In this document: positions 1 to 14,010 of the stretch, piece by piece
How positions within the stretch are numbered: the first letter of the stretch is position 1
Layout: each line of letters begins with the position of its first letter
NCBI GenBank assembly: GCA_951406725.2
Contig: OX597835.1
Coordinates: 49,166,001 to 49,230,000 of the forward strand
Length of the DNA stretch: 64,000 nucleotides
Source: Octopus vulgaris
Lineage: Eukaryota
Direction: 5' to 3'
Program-made: the position numbers and the translations under genes
The notes under the pieces: generated by a model
Told to the model about the DNA's origin: nothing
The model's database searches: none
Seen by the model: only the letters and a program-made list of their open reading frames with translations

Positions 1-20
1 ATTAACAATAATAATAATAA

Positions 21-67
<47 letters not shown>

Positions 68-560
68 CGAAATGACAACAACTACAGTAGCACATTGTAG
101 AGTGTGTGCGTGTATGTGTGTGTGCGTGCGTGCGTGTAAGCTTGTGTGTGCGCGCGTGTGTATTTGTGAGTGTGCGTGTGTGTGTGTGTGTACATCGGCA
201 AAACGAATGTCAATAAATGTTAATAAATCTTAATAAAAGTTGCAAAGAATTTGTATACACATAAATATGATGTATAAGAAAGAATAAGCGTGTATATAGC
301 AGAATCATGTATGCACACACGCACCCACCGACACAGACACACACTCGCGTGCGTGCAGAGAGGCACAAACACTCACACATATACACACACAACCCGTACA
401 GATAACGAATAATTCGCATCGAATAACACGGTGGACAAATCCATTGAAAATTGTTCATTCGAAATATATATATTTAAGTAATTTCATCAAATATATATCA
501 TATGGTTTTTCCCCCCGCATAATATATTTATACATACATATATATGAATGTGTATGTGTG

Positions 561-631
<71 letters not shown>

Positions 632-1031
632 ATGTATATATGTATGTATGTAGTTGTTCTTCCTCCTTCTTTCTGTTTTCCTTTTCCATTTTCCTTCTTT
701 TTTTGCGTTATTATTCCCCGCTTTTCTTTGCTATTATATATTTTTCTTTCTTCGTTTCGTTTCGGCTTCCATTTATATTTTTGTCCATCACAACGTCTGA
801 CTTCTTTTGTCAGCCATTACATTTCATATATTATATTATATTATATTATATTATATTATATTATATTATGTTATATTATATCCTATTATACTCTATTCTA
901 TTCTGCGTTCAATATTTGGCAATACGTGGCATCTATAAGCGGCAGTTATTGACCCGGGTTTGGGGGTATTCAAATATATGCGCATTTGTGTGTTTGTGTG
1001 AGAGTGCATGTATCTCTATACACACACACAC

Positions 1032-1112
<81 letters not shown>

Positions 1113-1131
1113 TATGTATGTATGTATGTAT

Positions 1132-1176
<45 letters not shown>

Positions 1177-1488
1177 ATATATATATAAGTATATATATAT
1201 ATATATATATATGCGTGTATATGTATATGTACATGCCGGCATGTGGAAGAGGAACATGAATCTTTGTTGAGGTAATTTGACGTTAAAACATATTTAGTAA
1301 AAGAAAACACATTCACACACACACACGCTCACACACATACACACGCGCACGTACACACATGCAACACACACACACACACCCACCAGTCGCATATACACAA
1401 TAACGAACAACACAATACGGAAGATAGTTGAATGCTATTAAAATATAACATACATACATATAAACACATAGTCAAACACAAACGCATA

Positions 1489-1550
<62 letters not shown>

Positions 1551-2051
1551 TCTATACATGTACGTGCGTATGTTTATAAGTATATACCTATGTACATATC
1601 GATAAATACTCACACATATACGCATACATACCTATGTACGTTACATACATGATAAAATGTTATCAATGTGCTTGTCGGTTTTTTAGAGTGTTTTTGCGCA
1701 TGTCGTTTTCTCTGTTGCTCGGTAAGTTTCGGAGTGTGTACAGTGTGTGTGAGTGTGTGTGTGTGTGTGTGTGTACAGTGTGTGTGGGAGAGAGATGGTG
1801 TGTGCTTTGGTGAAATCTCTTAAGAATCTCATAACTGTGCTTTTGGATTGGCACTCAAATGTTTTAAGTTTGTCTTTTTCTCTCAATAAATGTTTATAAA
1901 AATTTCAACGTTCAAATGACGAGGACATATATGTACATTAGTAGTCATAAACGTAGGTTTTCTTATGTATGTGTGCGTGCGCGCGCACGTGTATTTATGT
2001 ATGTATATTGACACGTGCGCACATGTGAATACGCGACAATAATGTGCTTCG

Positions 2052-2093
<42 letters not shown>

Positions 2094-2161
2094 GTATGCG
2101 TGCGAATGTGTATATGTGTATGGATGATTGTTTGCCCGCATGGACAAATATGCGTATACAC

Positions 2162-2321
2162 AGGCGAAGAAGTGGCTGTGTGCTACGTAGCTCGCTTACC
2201 AACTACATGGTTCCGGGTTCAGTCTCACTACATGGCACCAAGCGCATGTGTCTTCTACTGTAGCCTCGAACCGATCAAAGACTTGTGAGTGAATTTGGTA
2301 GACGGAAACTGAAAGAAGCCC

Positions 2322-2371
<50 letters not shown>

Positions 2372-2583
2372 TGTGTATGTATGTGTGTGCGTCTGTCTCC
2401 CCACCATCGCTTGGCAACCGATGATGGTGTGTTTACGTCCCCGTAACATAGCGGTTCGGCAAATCAGACCGATAGAATAAATACTAGGCTTACAAAGAAG
2501 TCCTAGGGTCGATTTTTGGCTAAAGGCAGTGCTCCAACATGGCCACGGTAAAATGACTGAAACAAATAAAAGAATAAAATAAT
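2162..2583 (+). mobile_element. SINE family A (tRNA-type head, CORE-like segment, internal (TG)n/(TA)n, LINE-like tail), near full-length
   Basis: Head AGGCG..GTGGCTGTGTG..GGTTCCGGGTTCAGTC (A/B-box-like); body GGTAGACGGAAACTGAAAGAAGCCC; tail GTGCTCCAACATGGCC..TGACTGAAACAAATAAAAG. About 20 related copies or fragments occur in the window. Confidence 0.85.
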
Positions 2584-2909
2584 ATCTACACTCACGCACG
2601 CACACAGTGAGAGAGACACACAGACAGCCAGACAAATAGAGAGAGACAGAGTGAGAGAGAGAGAGAGGTTGTGGATAGATGAATGAGTATATGCATATAT
2701 TTTATATGTGTATGACCGTGTATATGAGTGTGTGTGTGTGTGTGTGTGTATGCGCTTGTGTGAGTCTAATATGAATAAATGTGCGTGTAGAAACATACAT
2801 ATATATATATGCATATACACAAATATATATAGAGAGAGAGGGGGGATGGGGAGAGACTGAGTGAGTGAGTGGGGCAGAGAAAGTAAGACAGACAGACAGA
2901 TAGATAGAT

Positions 2910-2942
<33 letters not shown>

Positions 2943-2944
2943 CT

Positions 2945-3025
<81 letters not shown>

Positions 3026-3354
3026 GTGGATAGACAGATAGATAGAGTATGCATAAAAGCATATGTACACACACATAGACGCAGATATTCAATAAAAGGA
3101 TAAACAAACGAATAAATGTAAATTTATATAGTTACGCGGTCTCACAGACAAAGCCAGACAGACAGACAGACAGAATAGACAGACAGCCAGGCAGACAGAC
3201 AGACAGACAGGCTGCCCTAATCAAATATATATATTCGCACACATTGCCACATAATTTAATAACGTTCAATGACCAACATGTGTGTTTTTTTATTGATTTG
3301 GTGCGGGCGGGAGTGGTGGGCGTTGGATTGGCGGTGGTCTTACATGAGATAGAA

Positions 3355-3453
3355 AACACTTTCCACTTCACTGAATTTCCACATGACCGAATTTTCACTC
3401 GGTTGAATTTCCACTTGGCTGAATTTCATGTTGGTTGAATTTGTCCTGTTACA
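3355..3453. repeat. Degenerate 16-bp tandem repeat (GAATTTCCACTTGGYT-like, ~5-6 units), probable DNA-transposon subterminal repeat
   Basis: gaatttccacatgacc / gaattttcactcggtt / gaatttccacttggct / gaatttcatgttggtt / gaatttgtcctgttacac. Confidence 0.55.
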
Positions 3454-3654
3454 CACCACTCTCAAAGAATAACTGTATTTTTATATTAAAGATTGTATGG
3501 GTGATGGGTGGAGGAAATGCCCAGGGACGCTTGCCGTATGAATGCTTAATAGCAAAGTATGTGCTAGAAGGCTCAAATATTAGTCTTTTTGTTTGTAAGT
3601 AGGTGTGGATAAGTGGCAGTGCGAATGTGGTTGTATTCAAGTGTTTGTAATTGG

Positions 3655-3975
3655 GTGTGTGTGTGTATGTATGTATGTATGTATGTATGTATGTATGTAT
3701 GTATGTATGTATGTATGTGTGTATGTATGTATTTATGTATGCATGTGTGTATGTATGTATATGTGTGTATGTATGTATGTATATATATGTATGTATGTAT
3801 GTATGTGTGTATGTATGTATGTATGTATGTATGTATGTATGTATGTATGTGTGTATGTATGTATGTATGTATGTATGTATGTGTGTATGTATGTATATAT
3901 GTGTGTATGTATGTATGTATGTATGTGTGTATGTATGCATGTATGTGTGTATGTATGCATGCATGTATGTGCGTG
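3655..3975. repeat. (TATG)n compound microsatellite
   Basis: Direct reading. Confidence 0.95.
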
Positions 3976-4093
3976 TATTCTTGTGAATGCGTACACGTGA
4001 ACATGTGTGCGTCTGTATGTATGAGAGAGAGATTGAGTATTGTGGTGTGCAAGTGTGAGTTTTGGTAAGAGCATGTGTGTATATGTGTATATA

Positions 4094-5370
4094 TTGGGTC
4101 ATCCCATAAATACTGCAGTTGTTTCAATTGCATGAACTAAAAGTTGGAGGGGGACAGGATAAACTACCTGCATCAACTTGTTATAAAACAGGTAGTAATT
4201 TTACCTTGTTCTTATTCTTAGTGTAAGTTTTTAAGAGTGCAGTTCGATTTTAACAGTTATTTTTTCAAAGCCATAATGGAAGGACAAAGGAGCATATTCG
4301 GTATATTTTGCTTTATGAGTTCAAAAAAGGCAACAAAGCAATGGAAAGTGCGAAGAATTATTAATGGAGTATATGGCGATCGGACAATAAGTGTAAGCCA
4401 GTGTCAGCGGTGGTTCCAGAAATTCAGAGTCGGAAACTATAGCCTAGAAGACGAGCCTTGTGCTGGAAGATCTGTAGAGTTCGACGAGGACGTCCTGCAA
4501 ACCCTGGTGGAACAAAATTCCATTGTAACTGTTGTGGAAATAGCAGAGAAGCTAGGATTTGGTCATTCAACCATTCATCGACACCTGTGTGTCATCGGAA
4601 AAGTCAGCAAACTGGGTCAATGGGTTCCTCACAAACTTTCCGAGTCTAATCGGGTGCAGGGAGTGAATCTGTCCCCTTCTTTGCTGTCACGTCTCACGAA
4701 TGAACCTTTTTTTGAACCGAGTAATGACTTGTGATGAGAAATGGGTTCCCTATAAAAATGTGAAGCGCCGAAGACAGCGGGTAGGGAAAGGAAAAACGCC
4801 GACACTGCAGGCTAAAGAAGGTCTTCACCCACGTAAGGTGTGCTTATCTGTTTGGTGGGATGTGAAAGGTTTAGTCCACCTTGAACTTTTAAACCCACAC
4901 CAAACGATAACAAAGAAACTAGCTTGAGCGGCTTTGGTCAGCGCTGGAAGTAAAACGACCATCTTTGGTTTCAAGACGAAAGGTGTTCCTCCATCAAGAT
5001 AATGCTCGACCACATACAGCGAGGATAACATTTCAAAGACGAGGGCAGTTTGAATGGGAAACGATGCCCCACCCAACATATTCGCCGGACATTGTTCCAT
5101 CTGATTATCATTTATACCGCATTTATTCAACATCTTTTGGACGTAAAAAAGTATGATTCCTATAGACGAGGTTAGAACAGTAATGGGGGATTACTTTTCA
5201 TTATGGAAAAGTGAATTTTGGAAGAGGGGCCTTGCAAGTCTACCAGATAGATAGGAGAGCATTTTAGAAAATGAAGGGGAGTATACTTTAGATTAAAAAA
5301 AAACTTTCTTATCTTAATTCTGAAAAATAAAAGAAGTATTGAAAAACCGCATTATTTATGGGGTAACCCA

Positions 5371-5371
<1 letters not shown>
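4094..5371 (+). mobile_element. Full-length mariner (Tc1/mariner, DD34D) transposon, defective
   Basis: TIRs TTGGGTCATCCCATAAATACTGCAGTTGTTTCAAT (from 4094) and ATTGAAAAACCGCATTATTTATGGGGTAACCCAA (to 5371); TA on the left, TG on the right; ~1.28 kb. Confidence 0.95.
4276..5296 (+). pseudogene. Mariner transposase pseudogene split by frameshifts and stops
   Basis: Motifs QRWFQKFR..SLEDEP (HTH), WVPHKL, MTCDEKW, HQDNARPH and HPTYSPDIVPSDYHL, with exactly 34 residues between the 2nd and 3rd Asp; ORF pieces 4237-4734, 4700-4927, 4965-5156. Confidence 0.93.
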
Positions 5372-5404
<33 letters not shown>

Positions 5405-5405
<1 letters not shown>

Positions 5406-5745
5406 TTTGTGTCTTCCAGTATAACCTCAGGCCGACCATAGCCTTGTGAGTAGATTTAGTAAAAGGAAACTGAAAGAAGCCCAGTCGCATATATATATAT
5501 ATATATGTCTCTGTGTGTGCGCGCGCGTTTGTCTGTGTGTGTATGAGTTCATGTGCCCTTGTGTCTGTTTCTATGTCCCCACCCCCACCGCTTGACAACC
5601 ATAGCGGTTCGGTAAAAGAGACCGATAGAATAAGTACAATGCTTGAAAAGAGTAATAAGTCCTAGGGTCAATTTATTCGAATAAAAACCTGTCAAGGTAG
5701 TGCCCCAGCATGGCCGCAGTCCAATGACTGAAAATAAGACAAAAT
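5405..5745 (+). mobile_element. SINE family A, 5'-truncated
   Basis: GGAAACTGAAAGAAGCCC body and GTGCCCCAGCATGGCCGCAGTCCAATGACTGAAA tail. Confidence 0.8.
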
Positions 5746-5775
5746 ATATTATATATACACACACACATACATACA

Positions 5776-5826
<51 letters not shown>

Positions 5827-6117
5827 GCACATATGTGTCTGTTGTTCCGTACATAAAATGAGAGAGAGAATGAATGCACGAAGGATGTGGAATGAGAAAG
5901 TTTAATGTGTTGGTAATTAAGCTACCACATTCTTTATTTTTGTCTGCTTCGTTCTTCCTATCATTGAAAAACTGTCCTAATTTGGATCCCTTGTCGACGG
6001 GCAGGTCATAAAAATCAAGCAAATAGTGCGCGCTGAACGGAATATGTTTCAATGTATTAGGTCTGTTTAGTTTAATTTTAATTAATCGACATAAATCATG
6101 TCACATATAAGTTAAAT

Positions 6118-6462
6118 CAGTGTTTCCCAATCTATTTCTCCCCCAGGCCCCAATATAACTTTCCAGAAAATGCCCCAACTGTGGCTGGAAAATAACAACT
6201 TTATTTTTAATATTTCATAATTATATAACTTTCCTTAAAGAAATATCCACACTAGAGCGTTAGAATAGTGCTGTGCTGTAGCAAACAGTCTTCACACTGT
6301 ATGCTTGGCTGGAGAAATTGGTTTGGTTAGGCTGCCAATAGGTGAAGTATGTTTGCTATGAAAAAAGAATTTTTACAATTCTATGTCCCACTAAAAAAAA
6401 AATTTTTTATTTTGGGTCTCCAGCCACACCACAAGCATATGCCCCACCGGCGGGGATCTCTG
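6118..6462. mobile_element. Degenerate hAT-like MITE
   Basis: Starts CAGTGTTTCCCAA, ends GGGGATCTCTG; flanks AGTTAAAT/TGTTAGAT form an imperfect 8-bp TSD. Confidence 0.5.
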
Positions 6463-6716
6463 TGTTAGATGGTTTGTTGGTGATGGACAATATACATTTC
6501 GTCCGTTCGCATGCTCTTGGCATGCCTTTGAAGTGATCTAAATTAACTCTACGTCGCAGATTCATTTGATAAGCTGATTGTGATTCAAACTAGAATGTCT
6601 GAGGAAGTGAATGAACAGTAATGTTAAAACGTAACATTACACGACGTTCGTTTGCGGAAACGATAGTAACATCGATTTGAAGTCACTTTTCCGCAATCAG
6701 ATTAGACAGACAGACC

Positions 6717-6856
<140 letters not shown>

Positions 6857-7357
6857 TGGTGGTCGTGGTTCTTTGTCGTTCACGATGAGGATACAGTCAT
6901 TCGATCAACTGAATTACGTGCCTCTGAATCAATCTATTATAAGTAGCTGAGTATTCCACAGCCACGTCTGTCTTTAGGCAGACCAAGCATGACACACGTA
7001 ATGTCTCCCATCTGTCACTGGTCGACATATTGGGATAACTAAAAGGCACATTTTTGGCGACAATACAAAATACCCTTTAATTTCTTGGGGTGTTCTCTTA
7101 GTAAGAAGGATCGGAAACAATTTTCTTTGCTTTAAAACGGTGGTGCCCCAGCATGGCCGCAGCTTTAAAACTGAAACAAGTCAAGGAATATTCTTCAATG
7201 CATTCGTGCCATGATCATCTTTTCTCTCATTTCTCGGTAAAAATGTCCGAAAACGTTGGTTTCTTTATCATTTCATGTGTTAGAACAGGGTCAGAGAGAA
7301 ACATGGCGATTTCGAGAAAGGTCAGGGAATAAGTACAAGTTTGCGTGTTGGTCAATT

Positions 7358-7416
<59 letters not shown>

Positions 7417-7869
7417 GGTTTTTTTTGTAAGTTTGATCCTTATTCTTTTGCCAAATTGCTAAGTTACGGGAACGTAAACAGGCCAACACCGGTTTGTCAA
7501 GCGGTGGTAGAAGAAACACAGATAAACAGAGATATGAATAGATATATTTATCGAAGGGCTTCTTACGGTTTCCGTTCATCTAATCCAGTCACAAAGCTTT
7601 GGTGGACTGAAGGCTATTGTAGAAAATCCTTGCCTAAGGTACCATGCAGTGGGACGAAACACAGAATTATTAGCCATGGTTAGTAAGGGACGAAAAAATA
7701 TGAGGTGTGTGTGCGTGTATATCTGCGTATATATGTGTTTATGTTTGTATGTGTGTGTGCATGCGCACGCACACATCAAAGACTTTGAAACTTTAAAATA
7801 CAAAATGGACCGAAATTTCTAAAATTTCATTAATTTGTACTTCTTCCAACATGAATGATGTAATGTCTT

Positions 7870-8135
7870 CTTTTTCTTCTTCTTCTTCTTCTTCTTCTTC
7901 TTCTTCTTCTTCTTCTTCTTCTTCTTCTTCTCCTTCTTCTTCTTCTTCTTCTTCTTCTTCTTCTTCTTCTTCTTCTTCTTCTTCTTCTTCTTCTTCTTCT
8001 TCTTCTTCTTCTTCTTCGTCTCCTTCGTCTTCTTCCTCCTCTTCTTCTTCTTCTTCTTCTCCTTCTTCTTCTTCTTTTTCTTCTTCTTCTTCTTCTTCTT
8101 CTCCTCCTTCTTCTTCTTCTTCTTCTCCTCCTTTT
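7870..8135. repeat. (TTC)n microsatellite
   Basis: Direct reading. Confidence 0.95.
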
Positions 8136-8247
8136 CCTCTCCTTTTACTTCTCCTGTTTCTTCTGCTTCTCTTTCCTCCTCATCTCCCTCTTCTTTTTCT
8201 TCTCCTCCTCCTTCTCCTGAAATACTATTATTATTATTATTATTATT

Positions 8248-8800
8248 GAGTGAGAGAGCAGTGCATGCCATCAAAGTGACACTAGGGTAAAATATACAAA
8301 GCCCAATATACCCATCATGACTACCCGTCTGATAAAGGTACACCAGGCACATCCATCACAACCATATGTGCGCGACATGGTGATCTCATATCAAGATAAA
8401 CAGCACATGACCTTGCAGGTGGGGCCCAGTTAGAATTTTCTTCAGGTTGAGTAGCCCATCCCGCTCAAAAGGTCCTGAATAAGGGTTGTTTAAGGATGTT
8501 GAAAGAACCACCCATGTTTCCAGAGGTGAATTATTCAAACCCCAAAGAATCCCTCTCAACACATGGCTATGATGCTCCCCCACTACTTCTGCTCGTAATC
8601 AGAGATGCACATATCGTCAGCCACTAAGGGACATGCTCAACTGGTTAAGGTCAAACAACTGACAAGCAAATCTGTGGTATTGAGCAGAATATTTGCTGTA
8701 GCCCATCTTTTATACCAAGACAAAACAATGTACATGATAACACTTCCAATCAGTTAAGATCAGAAGCCATGAGATCCACTGTCTGGTACTGCATCAGGGC

Positions 8801-8802
<2 letters not shown>
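8248..8802 (-). mobile_element. Unclassified ~555-bp complex element embedded in (TAA)n
   Basis: Sharp boundaries against (TAT)n on both sides; no recognisable ORF or tRNA head; strand inferred from the (AAT)n polarity. Confidence 0.5.
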
Positions 8803-8855
<53 letters not shown>

Positions 8856-8900
8856 CTTCTCAGAGTGCTCGGTCTTACTTGCTCTGCATTATTACAAACA

Positions 8901-8968
<68 letters not shown>

Positions 8969-9324
8969 TGTTAATATTACTGACAGTAACAACCGGAGTC
9001 TCACTGAAAGAACGAACACACAAAAATATACATCTGCGCTCGCGAGCATCTGTGTGTGTACGGTTGCGTGTGTCTACGTACATCGGTGTGTTCGTCTGTG
9101 TATGTGGTGGTTCGTGTATATAGCCATAGGTGATGAGGAGGGGCGGCGCACGATTGCTACAGCACTTTATAAAAAGAGTGACACAAAGATAATCTTAATA
9201 ATTCTGGAGGCTGGACACCGAATCATAAGCTGCGTTGAATTTGTGCCGGAACGAAACCGTAAAAAATAGTCTTTTTTCCATCTCTCTATATAATATGGAT
9301 ATTTATCTATTCTGTGCATGCCTG

Positions 9325-9503
<179 letters not shown>

Positions 9504-10108
9504 CATATATATATATATATTTGTATTTTTGTGTGTATGTATGTATTAATTTGTGCGCGGCGCATGTGTGGATCTGCCAGAGTGTGTATATGAATGTGTG
9601 CGTGAGAGTGTATTCGCTCAAAGGTCGGTGTGGGTGGAGGTGCAAGTTGGACATATCGGAAAAAATGAAAGAGTCGTGATACTACTAATACTATCAATAA
9701 AGATAACAGCAGCAACAACAATAACAACAATAAAAATATTATGATTAATATTAATAAATATAATTGTAATAATAATAATAATAATAGTAATAATAATAAC
9801 AACAACAACAATAATGATAATAATAATAATAATAATAATGAAAATGCACAAAAAATAAACACATATATGTAAATATATATATATATATAAAATAAACAAC
9901 AGAGAAAGAAAAAATGAAGCTAGTTGGACAAGGGACTAAAGACTTATAGACATATGTAGACATAATCTGATATACCGGTCTTTTATGATGTAAATAAATG
10001 TGCAGAGTCCGGTCTTGCTATGAAGAAAAATATTACAAATATATACTCTGTGTGTTTATGTGTCTATGTATGTATGTATGTATGTATGTATCTATCTATC
10101 TATCTATG

Positions 10109-10156
<48 letters not shown>

Positions 10157-10234
10157 CATCTTTCTATCTATCTGTGCGTTGTGTTCTATCGTAGCAGGAT
10201 TGATTCCTCGGCAAAACCAACATATTACAAAAAG

Positions 10235-10279
<45 letters not shown>

Positions 10280-11162
10280 TAATAATAATAATAATAATAG
10301 TAATAATAATAATAATAATGATAAATGAATTAAAAACACACTCACACATACGCACACACACTTTCTCTCTCTCTTCCTCACACACCCACACTCACAGACT
10401 CACACACATGTGTGTGTGTTCGGTATTGGCGTTACTGACACAAAAGCCACCTCTAATCCGGCATCACACACCACAACAAAATAAGACACACCAACAAACC
10501 ATCACCCTAAATAAAATGTGAAAAATAAAAGATAAGAGAAAAAATATAAAAAGAAGAAAAAAATTACGTATAGAAAAACCAAATATTAATAAACGATGGG
10601 AAAACAAAAATAAAACAGCAAAAGACAAAGAGCGGGAAAAAAAGGCGAAAATAATGATAAAATATAAGCGTAAAAACTATAAATAAAAATATGGATAAGA
10701 AGAAAAGGGAGAAAGAAGAAGAAAGACAACAATATGAACAAAAGTTGGGCAAAAAAGCGAGGAATCAAATTCTCTTGTAGTCATGATGGTTTTTGTTTGT
10801 GATCTGCAAGATTCCTCTCTCGTAATTTCTGCAACCATACTTGATAATGGAATCCGGACATAAGGCTCCACACGGCTAATCTGGAATTGCCTTTCTACAT
10901 ACATTTATCTCGAACTGTTACTGTGGATGGATGTGGTTTGTGTGTGTCTATATTCTACGCGTATATTGATGCGATGTGTGTGTTTGTGTGTGTGTGTGTG
11001 TGGTTGTATGTGTGTGTGTGTGTGTGTGTGTGTACGCTAGCACAAATTTCACGCATTCGTTCTCTTACCTACACACTCTGTCTTTCCTATTCTCCATTTT
11101 TCTCTCTAACTTTCTCTCCCGTTTTTTACACTACTTACTGTATTTCTATGAGTGTCTGTCTT

Positions 11163-11206
<44 letters not shown>

Positions 11207-11239
11207 TGTACACACAGACATATGTTTGTGTATACATAT

Positions 11240-11326
<87 letters not shown>

Positions 11327-11426
11327 TTTATATACATACGCGTATATATATATATATGTATATAAACATATATATGTTTATATATATATATACGCCTATA
11401 TATATATGTATATGTATACACATACT

Positions 11427-11476
<50 letters not shown>

Positions 11477-11869
11477 GTATGTATATACGAAGCATTTTTA
11501 ACCAGAATATTATTTGTAACTATGCTAATGCGTGAGAGCCGAGAGTCAATGCACCATTTTATCTGTAGATGCTTCTCTATGCGAGGCTCTGCCTGCGTCC
11601 ACACCCCACCCCCCACCTGCCCTCGCAGACCTTCCTTCTGTAGTGGTTATGAATTAACTCAAGTCACTCCGGTCCTTAATTCTTCCTAACAAGCCACGTT
11701 CGTTCGTTCGCTTTCTTCTTTTTTTCTTTATTTCTATTTATATATATTTCTTCGTTCATTATTTTTTATCCATAGTTTTTCTGCTTTCAACATTTCTGGA
11801 TCACAATGAAAGATTCCTGAATGTCTGCAAAAATCCTCCCAGAAAGGAATAGAAAAATAACCATTTTTC

Positions 11870-12121
11870 TTGTTTTTCATTGATCTTTTATCTCTGCGGC
11901 TATGCTGGGGCACTGCCTTGCAGGAATTCTAGTCGAATAAATCGATCCCAGTACTGATTTCTTTATTTCATTATTTTTGTTAAGTCTGTTACTTACTTTA
12001 TCGGTCTCTAAGGCACGGGGACATAAACACACCAACGCCGGTTGACATGTGGTGCTGGGGAACATACAGACACATGCACACATACATACACACACAGACA
12101 CGCATACTCATACTTACACAC

Positions 12122-12180
<59 letters not shown>

Positions 12181-12345
12181 CGACAGGCTTCTTTTCAGTT
12201 TCCGTCGAACAAATCTACCCACAAGGCTTTGGTCGACCCGAGGCTATAGAAGAAGACACTTACCCAAGGTGCCATGCTGTGGGACTGAAACCGAAACCAT
12301 GTGGTTGGGAAGCAAACTTCCTGCCACACAGCCACGCCGGTGCCT
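11870..12345 (-). mobile_element. SINE family A, near full-length
   Basis: Reverse complement of head (CCACACAGCCAC), body (TTTCAGTTTCCGTC) and tail (GCGGCTATGCTGGGGCAC). Confidence 0.8.
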
Positions 12346-12956
12346 ATGGCATGGTTGCACCTATGTCGCGGCCATCCATGCACCATACCCAATATATAGA
12401 AAAAGTCGGTAGGCAATTTACTGCGCAATTTGGCATGAGATAACATCGCTAATGGCCGTATAGTGTTTAAAATACAAGGAAGGCTCAGGCGTGGATTTGT
12501 GGTAAGAAGTTTGTTCCAGGTTCGGTCCCACTATGTCGCCTTGTAAGTGAATTTGGTAGACGGAAACTAAAAGAAGCCTATCATGTGTGTCTGTGTGTGT
12601 GTGTGTGCGTTTGCCTAGCACCACTGCTTGGTAACCGGTGTTTGTGTGCTTACGTCTTTGTAACGTAGGCAAAAGAGACCAGCAGATTAAGTACCAGGCA
12701 TAAAAAAGAAAACAATTCATGGTGTTGATTCGTTGGATTAGGCATTCTTCAGAGTGGTGCTCCAGCATGGCCACAATGCATTTTTTAATACACAAAAATA
12801 TGCAAGTTTACAAACATATATATATATATAAATGCATAGATATCTATATGTATGTACATATGTGTACGCGTGTGCATGTGTGTGTGCGCGCATGCGTGCG
12901 TGTGTGTGCGCGCATGCGTGCGTGTGTGTGTATGTATGTATGTACGTAGGTATGTG

Positions 12957-13932
12957 CGCGGGAGTGGCTGTGTGGTATGAAATCTGCTTCCCAGCTTCAC
13001 GGTTTTTGGTTCAGTCCCACTGTTAGTTAGTTAGTTAATTTTGGAGCTCAAACAGCAAAAAGCAAGGCCATGTAGGGGTACATGGAGTTATGTACAGGGT
13101 GGTGTTCATGTAAAGAGTTCAGGCCATTTGTGGTCAAGGGAGACTTTGAACCGAGCGGTCGTCGGCATCTTCATTATCTCGTCCAGCAGCTTATTCCACG
13201 GATCCGCAACCCGGACGGAGAAAGTCCCTCTCCGATTGAGATGAAATCGTCGCAGATAGAGCTTTTCGGAGTGACCCCGCAGCCGACGCTCTGGAGCAGG
13301 AGTGAAGAACAGCTCTTTCGAGAGGTTACACTTTCCGCTTATGATGTTGTGAGCGAGAATGAGATCACCACGGCGTCGTCGTTTTTCTAGAGAATAAAGG
13401 TCGAGCGTCTTCAGCCTTTCTTCATAAGACAAATGCTTGAGACCAAGAACCATGCGGGTAGCCAGCTTCTGGACTCTTTTGAGATGATGTATGTCTTTGA
13501 GGAGATAAGAAGAAGAGGCTTGAATCCCGTACTCCAATATGGGTCTCACCAGCATGACATAGAGCGGTAGGAATATGACTGTTGTGAGCATTCCGAATGA
13601 CCGTCGAATCAAAAACAGAACTCTGCGTGCTTTATTGGCAGCATGGACGCATTTGGCCGAAGGCGAAAAGGAAGAATCGACCAAGATACCCAGGTCCTTT
13701 ACCTGGTCGGTCCTCTCCAGCAGCAACCGACCCGGCTCGAAATCAAGTTGAGTTGCAGGAGGAGAGCCAACAGGCAGATGACAGCACTTTGACACGTTCA
13801 GACACAGGTCCCATTCGTTTGACCATCTGTGTGGCACCTTGGTCAGGTGCTTTTTACCATGACCCATAAAGCAACCGTTGCGAGTGGATAGGGTAGAGGG
13901 AAACAGAAAGGACACCGTCTCATATGCTAATA

Positions 13933-14010
<78 letters not shown>

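Noticed and set aside
3355-3453. CRISPR-like periodicity
   Set aside because: 16-bp adjacent degenerate units, no unique spacers, no cas genes, eukaryotic context.
210-4133. Many long ORFs rich in YI, CV, HT, LS, YLSI or MYVC (also throughout the window)
   Set aside because: They are translations of di- and tetranucleotide microsatellites, open in multiple frames, with no domain content.
10677-10904. Complex-looking 75-aa ORF ([15 protein letters not shown]...)
   Set aside because: No recognisable motif or convincing splice sites, and it runs into T-rich low complexity. It may be a non-coding unique island.
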